Below are positions 38,101 through 44,107 of a stretch of DNA of 44,107 nt, one piece after another; the stretch's first letter is position 1; each line of letters opens with the position of its first letter. This DNA is from Candidatus Aenigmatarchaeota archaeon (lineage in GTDB: Archaea; Aenigmatarchaeota; Aenigmatarchaeia; CG10238-14): positions 1-44,107 of the forward strand of contig WJKS01000097.1 in assembly GCA_014728985.1 (NCBI GenBank), given 5' to 3'. The notes beneath the pieces are model-generated. The model saw nothing but the letters and a program-made list of their open reading frames with translations, was not told the origin of the DNA and did not search any database. The translations under genes and the position numbers were made by a program.

Positions 38101-39564
38101 ATGGAAGTTCATAAAATTTTGATTGATGGTAAATGGATTAAGTCCGATTCTGGTGAGACCTTTGAGAGTGTTAATCCTGCTACTGAGGAAGTAATTGGGA
38201 AATTCCAACAAGGAAATGGAGAAGATGTAAAAGCTGCCATAGATGCTGCAGAAGATGCATTTGAAAAATGGTCTAGTTATCCTGCTCCGAGAAGGGGGGA
38301 AGTTCTTTTCAAGGCTTATCAGTTGTTAAAAAGAGATAAGGAAAGACTAGGTAAGTTAGTAACCAGTGAAATGGGAAAAGTTCTTCCAGAAGGTTTGGGC
38401 GATGTTCAGGAAGCAATTGATATGACTGCTTATATGGCCGGAGAAGGTAGAAGATTATTCGGACATACCACACCTTCAGAATTACCTGATAAATTCTGTA
38501 TGACAATACGTCAACCTTTAGGTGTAGTCGGGTTAATCAGTCCTTGGAATTTTCCTGTAGCCATACCTGCTTGGAAATTAATGCCAGCGTTAGTTTGTGG
38601 TAATACTGTAGTTTTCAAACCAGCATCTGATACTCCCTTGTGCGCTATAGAATTAGTAAAGATTCTTGAGGAAGCCGGTTTACCAAAAGGTGTTGTTAAT
38701 CTAGTCACAGGTCCAGGTTCTATTGTAGGAGAAGAAATAGTAACCAACCCAAAAATAAGAGCCATATCTTTCACAGGTTCCAGGGAGGTGGGAATAGAAG
38801 TTAGAAAAAAGGCTGAACTCAAGAAAGTTGGCTTGGAATTAGGAGGAAAGAACGGCATTATAATTATGGATGATGCTGATTTGGACTTGGCTTTGGATGG
38901 TGTTTTATGGGGAGGGTTCGGTACAACTGGTCAAAGATGTACCGCTGCTTCAAGGGTAATTATTCACAAAAAAATCAAGAATAAGTTTCTCGATATGCTC
39001 TTCGAGAGGACGAAGATTCTTAAAGTGGGTGATGGACTGAAAAAGGACACAGAAGTTGGTCCTTTGGTTAACAAAAAGGCAGTTGAGAAGGTTGATAAAT
39101 ACACACAAATAGGGCTGGATGAAGGTGCTAAACTTCTTTATGGTGGGAGAAAAGTGGGGGGAAAAGGATTCTTTTATCAACCCACAATTTTCACTAATGT
39201 TGATGTAGATATGAGGATAGCCCAGGAAGAGATATTCGGACCAACAGTTTCGGTTATTGAAATCGATAGTTTAGATGAGGCAATCAATGTTATGAACTCA
39301 ATCAATTATGGTTTATCGTCTTCAATTTATACACAGGATGTTAACAGAGCTTTTAAGGCAATTGAGAAAATTGAATCTGGGCTTACCTATGTTAATGCAA
39401 GTACAATCGGATCAGAAGTTCATCTACCATTTGGTGGGGTTAAAGATACAGGTAACGGAACAAGGGAAGGAGGAATTGAAGGAATTCATGAATTCTCAGA
39501 GACAAAAACCGTTTATGTTGATTATTCCGGAGTTTTACAAAGGGCTCAGATAGATATTGAATAA
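38101..39564 (+). CDS. NAD(P)-dependent aldehyde dehydrogenase
   Basis: PWNFP, FTGS, LELGGKN, GQRCTA, EEIFGP, PFGG. Confidence 0.97.
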   Translation: MEVHKILIDGKWIKSDSGETFESVNPATEEVIGKFQQGNGEDVKAAIDAAEDAFEKWSSYPAPRRGEVLFKAYQLLKRDKERLGKLVTSEMGKVLPEGLGDVQEAIDMTAYMAGEGRRLFGHTTPSELPDKFCMTIRQPLGVVGLISPWNFPVAIPAWKLMPALVCGNTVVFKPASDTPLCAIELVKILEEAGLPKGVVNLVTGPGSIVGEEIVTNPKIRAISFTGSREVGIEVRKKAELKKVGLELGGKNGIIIMDDADLDLALDGVLWGGFGTTGQRCTAASRVIIHKKIKNKFLDMLFERTKILKVGDGLKKDTEVGPLVNKKAVEKVDKYTQIGLDEGAKLLYGGRKVGGKGFFYQPTIFTNVDVDMRIAQEEIFGPTVSVIEIDSLDEAINVMNSINYGLSSSIYTQDVNRAFKAIEKIESGLTYVNASTIGSEVHLPFGGVKDTGNGTREGGIEGIHEFSETKTVYVDYSGVLQRAQIDIE

Positions 39565-39601
39565 ATTAAAACAGATTATTTATTCTATTTTCTACTAAAT
39601 T

Positions 39602-40753
39602 ATGCTCATGAAGATAGCTCTTTTTACCGATGTTTACAAAATTTGTGGAGTCTCTAAGATGATCTACCATCTGGTAAAATATTGTGAAAAAAATCGGATA
39701 GATATTACAGTTTTCATGGTTTCCCCAAAGGAAAAAATCAAGACAGTGGGAAAACTTAATTCTGGGAAAAACGTTAAAATTATTCGTCTTAAAACCAGAT
39801 TCTCGTTTGAAATATACCCGGATCTTTTTTTGGATCTAAGTTACAGAAACACAAAAAAAATTGAAGAAGAGTTTGAAAAAACTGATTTTGATGTTATAAT
39901 TTCACCAACCCCGGGAGTCATGGGCGTAAGGGCAGTTCAATTCTCAAAAAAGTACGAGATTCCTCTAATATTCATACATACCACAAGAATCCCGGAATAC
40001 GCTGCTATTTATGCGGAAAAAGCGTTTGGGCTGAAATTGTTTGAGGATTCTCTGAGGGAATTAATGTGGTCTTTTATGAAGTTCTTCTATGAAAATTCTA
40101 CCTTAGTCCTGGCAACCACACCCGAAATGAAGCAAGAGTTGAAAGAGAGAGTAGATATCCCTGTGGAGATTTATTCGCGTGGAGTAGATTCAAGAAAATT
40201 CTCTCCAAATTTCAGGAAGGAACATGGTAAAGTTAGGCTTATTCATGTAGGAAGAATATCGGCTGAGAAAAATCTTGATATGATGGTAGAAGTCTTAGAG
40301 AAAGAAATATTACCTGACTATGATGATGTTGAAGTACAAATTATAGGAGATGGCCCTTATATCGAAAAATTGGTCGATGAATTTCCTGCCGCCGATTACA
40401 CTGGATTTTTAACTGACCGGAAACTCTCGGAAGCATTTGCAAGTGGAGACATCTTTCTCTTTCCATCTTTATCAGAAACTTTTGGACAGGTTGTATTAGA
40501 AGCCATGGCTTCTGGTCTTCCTGTAGTTGCAATGGACTCCGAAGTTCTAAGAGATAAAATAAAAGAAGGCGAAACTGGTTTTTTGTGTAAATCTAAGAAG
40601 GGGTTTGCGGAAAAGATAAGGTTCCTAATAGAGAATCCGGATAAAAGAAAAGAAATGGGAAAAAAGGCTGTAGAAGAGGCTAAAAAATGCAGTTGGGATG
40701 GAGTTAATTCCAGATTGATGGAAATAGTTAAAAAAGTAATGGAAAAGACTTAA
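39602..40753 (+). CDS. GT4 family glycosyltransferase (glycolipid synthase-like)
   Basis: RGVD..F.P, VGRISAEKN, FPSLSETFGQVVLEAMASGLPVV. Confidence 0.93.
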   Translation: MLMKIALFTDVYKICGVSKMIYHLVKYCEKNRIDITVFMVSPKEKIKTVGKLNSGKNVKIIRLKTRFSFEIYPDLFLDLSYRNTKKIEEEFEKTDFDVIISPTPGVMGVRAVQFSKKYEIPLIFIHTTRIPEYAAIYAEKAFGLKLFEDSLRELMWSFMKFFYENSTLVLATTPEMKQELKERVDIPVEIYSRGVDSRKFSPNFRKEHGKVRLIHVGRISAEKNLDMMVEVLEKEILPDYDDVEVQIIGDGPYIEKLVDEFPAADYTGFLTDRKLSEAFASGDIFLFPSLSETFGQVVLEAMASGLPVVAMDSEVLRDKIKEGETGFLCKSKKGFAEKIRFLIENPDKRKEMGKKAVEEAKKCSWDGVNSRLMEIVKKVMEKT

Positions 40754-41184
40754 ACCTGTGATAAAATTTTCGATATATTCTCGGTTAGGTTATTTTTGTT
40801 TTTTTCTAATTCTCGACTTAATCCTTCACCATAATTTGTATCCTCCACTTTTATCCCGATAATTCGAATTTCGGTTTCTGGGAAAAAATTTCTGAAAATT
40901 TTGACAGATATACCATGTGTAGATAGACTTTCATTAAGTACATCATCTATTTGAAAAACTCTGATCTCACCTGCTTCACCATCAAATTCAGCGGCGTCAA
41001 TAAAATAGATAACACCGGGTTCAAATTCCTTTATTTTACTAATGTAATTTTCGGGGTTAGTCTCCGCCCGGACGAACATCAGATCTTGATCTTTTGTTCT
41101 TTTTTTAAGTTTCTCAACAATAATGTTCCCTATGTTATCGTCCTTTTTAAGAGGATTACCTATACCTATAATAACTTTCTTCAT
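40750..41184 (-). CDS. hycI: Hydrogenase maturation endopeptidase, HycI-type
   Basis: GIGNPLKKDD.IG, ETNPEN, IDAA, STH. Confidence 0.9.
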   Translation of the reverse strand: MKKVIIGIGNPLKKDDNIGNIIVEKLKKRTKDQDLMFVRAETNPENYISKIKEFEPGVIYFIDAAEFDGEAGEIRVFQIDDVLNESLSTHGISVKIFRNFFPETEIRIIGIKVEDTNYGEGLSRELEKNKNNLTENISKILSQV

Positions 41185-41219
41185 AAGTATTTTTTAATCT
41201 CTGAGGATTAAGTATTTAG

Positions 41220-41279
41220 AAAAATTTGGAAAAATAAAAAACCTTAACTTATGGACTAGTTGTGAATCGTAGCTGAGTC
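41220..41279. repeat. 60-bp identical repeat (pilin 3' end plus T-rich terminator), second copy at 41665-41724
   Basis: AAAAATTTGGAAAAATAAAAAACCTTAACTTATGGACTAGTTGTGAATCGTAGCTGAGTC in both copies. Confidence 0.92.
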
Positions 41280-41639
41280 TGTATGTCCCGGTAACCCCCC
41301 GGTTACATTATATGTTATCGTTATATCGACGTCTCCAGATGTAGGAACACTTGTTATTGTAATTTCATCTCCTGGATTATAAGTTCCTGTCCCGGTTGCA
41401 CCACTTGGCGTTGAAGTTATATCATCAACTATTATTTCGTTTGGACCATTTCTAATCAATAATGTCCCACCACTGTAATCCACAAACGCGAAATTACTGA
41501 AACATGGGCTACATGCTACTGAGCTACTGGTATTAAAAACTCCCATCGCAAATAAAGCTCCGATGACTACAATTATAATCAGTATTGCCCATCCATAAGT
41601 CATCAAATATTCCATTGCTGCCTGTCCTTTCTTTCTCAT
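41256..41639 (-). CDS. Type IV pilin-like protein with class III signal peptide, copy 2
   Basis: MRKKG/QAAMEYLMTYGWAILII. Confidence 0.9.
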   Translation of the reverse strand: MRKKGQAAMEYLMTYGWAILIIIVVIGALFAMGVFNTSSSVACSPCFSNFAFVDYSGGTLLIRNGPNEIIVDDITSTPSGATGTGTYNPGDEITITSVPTSGDVDITITYNVTGGLPGHTDSATIHN

Positions 41640-41700
41640 GAATTAACCTCTAATCTAAAGTACCAAAAATTTGGAAAAATAAAAAACCTTAACTTATGGA

Positions 41701-42075
41701 CTAGTTGTGAATCGTAGCTGAGTCGCTGTGTTCCAAACCAGATGCTGTAACATTGTATGTTATCGTTAGATCAACGTCCCCTGAAGTAGAGACTCCAGTA
41801 ATCGTTATATCCTCACCTGGTTCTGCTGTTGTTGAACCTGCTGTACCACCAGTTACAGATATGTCTTGAATCTCCTGTGGTCCGTTTCTAATCAATAATG
41901 TCCCACCACTGTAATCCACAAACGCGAAATTACTGAAACATGGGCTACATGCTACTGCACTTTCTGTCTTAAATACTCCCATTGCAAACAGGGCACCTAC
42001 AACTACAATTATAATCAGTATTGCCCATCCATAAGTCATCAAATATTCCATTGCTGCCTGTCCTTTCTTTCTCAT
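41701..42075 (-). CDS. Type IV pilin-like protein with class III signal peptide, copy 1
   Basis: MRKKG/QAAMEYLMTYGWAILII; tandem paralog. Confidence 0.9.
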   Translation of the reverse strand: MRKKGQAAMEYLMTYGWAILIIIVVVGALFAMGVFKTESAVACSPCFSNFAFVDYSGGTLLIRNGPQEIQDISVTGGTAGSTTAEPGEDITITGVSTSGDVDLTITYNVTASGLEHSDSATIHN

Positions 42076-42177
42076 TTAATGACCTCTGAAATTATTTGAT
42101 TTCTTCACTTAATAAGTTTTTCTTAAGGTAGAAGGTGATTAAAAAGAAATTAATATCCGAAAAGCAAACAATTAGTT

Positions 42178-42843
42178 ATGACTTCAGAGAGGATTAAGAC
42201 TGGATTAAAAGGGCTTGATAAACTGATAGAGGGCGGCTTTGTTAAAAAATCCTGTGTTTTGTTATCAGGAGAAACTGGAACTGGAAAAACAATATTTGGA
42301 TTTCAATTTCTTAAAGAGGGAATAGAAAATAATGAAAATGGATTATACATCACCTTAGAGCAACTTCCAGATGAGATACATGGAGATATGGAAAGATTTG
42401 GTTGGGATTATAAGAAAAATTCCCATCTTGTAATTGAGCATATAGAGCCGTCTGAGATTGAACGTGTAGAAAGTATAATAGCAAAACAAATAATAGAGAA
42501 TGATTCTAAAAGAGTGGTAATAGACTCCTTGACATTGATAGGAAGTTACGTCGGAAATGCTAAGGATATCCGGAGGAAATATTACAATATAGTTAGAACG
42601 CTTAAGAAGACTGGATGTACGGCTTTACTCATCTCTGAAATACCTGAGGGAAAGACAGGTCTTAGTCGCTTTGAGATTGGAGAGTTTCTGGTTGATGGAG
42701 TTATCCAGCTGAAATGCGGTGTAGAAGTAGTTGGTGGGAAACCAAGAAGTTTGATAGTGAGGAAGATGAGAAGAACAAATCACGATCTAGATGTTCATCC
42801 GATAGAAATAAGTAAAAAAGGAATGAAATTATCTTCTAAGTAA
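42178..42843 (+). CDS. Single-domain KaiC-like (RecA superfamily) ATPase
   Basis: TG..GLD.LI.GG, GETGTGKT, RVVIDSLT, KMRRT.H. Confidence 0.92.
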   Translation: MTSERIKTGLKGLDKLIEGGFVKKSCVLLSGETGTGKTIFGFQFLKEGIENNENGLYITLEQLPDEIHGDMERFGWDYKKNSHLVIEHIEPSEIERVESIIAKQIIENDSKRVVIDSLTLIGSYVGNAKDIRRKYYNIVRTLKKTGCTALLISEIPEGKTGLSRFEIGEFLVDGVIQLKCGVEVVGGKPRSLIVRKMRRTNHDLDVHPIEISKKGMKLSSK

Positions 42844-43339
42844 CCTTAAGCTCAAAGCTGCAGGAAGTTTTACCTTCTGCTATACAAATTGTTTCTTTAC
42901 AACTCGCTTTTTTTCCTGTCGTCTTTTCGAACAGATTTTTTAATATACCACATATCAAATAGCACACAGGTTCTTTCTGTTCCCCATATTTGGATTGGTA
43001 TAATTTAGCAAAATTATTATCTTTTATTTCAAAGGTCGCTTCTTTATCAGACATTGAGACCACATGGAGTTTACCGAATCCACTAACGTTGAATAGACCT
43101 GTCCATAAATTGGATATTTTATCCTCTTCTATCGCGAACCTTTTTTTGAAGTGATTAATTACAGAATCTGACATCAGATAACCAAACCTTTCCATTTTTT
43201 TTGGAGTTACTTCCTTTTGGAATTCAACCAATGCTGCAAGTGGTTGCATACTGAAGTTTAATTCAAATATCTCTATTCCCTTCTCGGTGAAGGATGCTTG
43301 TCTTGTCGTCAAAAGCTTGGAAAGAAATGATGATATCAT
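42836..43339 (-). CDS. V4R (4-vinyl reductase) domain protein
   Basis: SGFG, PVC...CG, CKE..C.A.G...C.F. Confidence 0.85.
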   Translation of the reverse strand: MISSFLSKLLTTRQASFTEKGIEIFELNFSMQPLAALVEFQKEVTPKKMERFGYLMSDSVINHFKKRFAIEEDKISNLWTGLFNVSGFGKLHVVSMSDKEATFEIKDNNFAKLYQSKYGEQKEPVCYLICGILKNLFEKTTGKKASCKETICIAEGKTSCSFELKVT

Positions 43340-43815
43340 TCTAAGGTCATACTCCTTATCTTGGTTAGTTTAGTCCATTTATCATAGGTCAATGAATCCT
43401 CTTCTTCTGTATTAACTTCTACAAGATTCTTGAGGATCATCTTTACCTTATCTTCGTCTACAGTCTTATCAATTATTTTTTTCAGTGATTTCGAGAAATT
43501 TTCTGCTCTGTCTTTTTCAATGAAATGTGCTATCAATGCTGCTGGGGTTTGGTACATTACTTCTAGGAATCCACCTTTTGGGAATAGGAATCTTTTGTAG
43601 AACTTTTCTCCGATAACGTCTTCTCCTATGAAACTGAATTCTTCTCCAAACTCTTTTTCTAGTTTTTCTATGAATTTGAATAAGGCCTTTTCTGATTTCT
43701 CAGTTTTCTGATTTAACTCTCCTATATTAGTTGGATCAGTTTTAATCATAGGTAGCTCAAAGGGCAATGCTTCAGGGAGATCAATCAGAACAACGTAGGT
43801 GTGCTTGGACTTCAT
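43336..43815 (-). CDS. Hypothetical protein
   Basis: 159-aa ORF overlapping the V4R gene by 4 nt (ATGA coupling). Confidence 0.7.
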   Translation of the reverse strand: MKSKHTYVVLIDLPEALPFELPMIKTDPTNIGELNQKTEKSEKALFKFIEKLEKEFGEEFSFIGEDVIGEKFYKRFLFPKGGFLEVMYQTPAALIAHFIEKDRAENFSKSLKKIIDKTVDEDKVKMILKNLVEVNTEEEDSLTYDKWTKLTKIRSMTLE

Positions 43816-43894
43816 GTTTATCTAAGGATAATTATGGGTTTGGGGGTATTAATGATTGTTACTAAATTATTGATTATTATCTCTAGTGGTGTGA

Positions 43895-44107
43895 ATGAGT
43901 ATTGTCAAGAAATTTAAGAATATTTTTTATGTGAAGTGGAAACCGAGAAAGGAAACTTTAGTGTCATTTATTCTTGGTTCACTCGTAATTTTCTCGAGTA
44001 TTTTGTTGAAATATTTTAATTTAGATACTTTAATTGGAAAAATTGGGTTTTTAGTTCTTAGGGATCTAATAATGGTGTTAATTTTAGGTTTCATCATACC
44101 TTTGTAT
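43895..44107 (+). CDS. Membrane protein, truncated by the window end
   Basis: GGTG SD, ATG 43895, open to the end: MSIVKKFKNIFYVKWKPRKETLVSFILG...LGFIIPLY. Confidence 0.65.
   Translation, partial: MSIVKKFKNIFYVKWKPRKETLVSFILGSLVIFSSILLKYFNLDTLIGKIGFLVLRDLIMVLILGFIIPLY

Noticed and set aside
41256..42075. Pilin pair as a diversity-generating retroelement TR/VR
   Set aside because: Differences are not adenine-specific, include indels, both copies are intact genes, and no reverse transcriptase is in the window

Overview
AT-rich archaeal chromosome segment. The divergent 16S/23S and the 'KGQAAMEYLMTYGW' pilins suggest a DPANN lineage, possibly Aenigmarchaeota-like (inference). From left to right it holds: ABCE1; a ~14 kb lipid-linked glycosylation island (three GT2, two DUF2298/YYY, a TIGR03663/Agl23-like protein with an inserted, apparently circularly permuted CBM, a PTPS-related GT-C, an epimerase, an FAD oxidoreductase and an EamA flippase); and a broken-up rRNA locus (16S, protein gene, tRNA-Ala, protein genes, 23S, no 5S) in which each rRNA has its own TATA box and bulge-helix-bulge (BHB) processing stem. 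The 16S carries two BHB introns: a 32-nt mini-intron in the 530 loop/515F primer site, and a 612-nt intron at E. coli 1205 with a two-motif LAGLIDADG ORF broken by an in-frame TAG. The 23S peptidyl-transferase centre differs from the consensus at many normally invariant positions (C2452U, A2453G, A2497U, C2499U, U2500C, A2503C, G2576U, plus A-loop and sarcin-ricin loop changes). Two unannotated C/D-box guide RNAs share an identical 18-nt D'/C' core. One is embedded in the 23S precursor leader and points at U2552 and A2600 of that same 23S, matching its divergent A-loop. The other is free-standing and points at 16S C1402 and U912. Further right are S66 peptidase, msrAB, flavodoxin, a compact group 4 membrane-bound [NiFe]-hydrogenase operon (shortened antiporter subunit, a NuoC-like gene missed by the ORF track, an inserted C45 Ntn-hydrolase), GT-C, ALDH, GT4, HycI, two mosaic tandem pilins, a KaiC-like ATPase and a V4R protein. 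All calls are by eye, with no database searches, and E. coli rRNA numbering was assigned by manual alignment.
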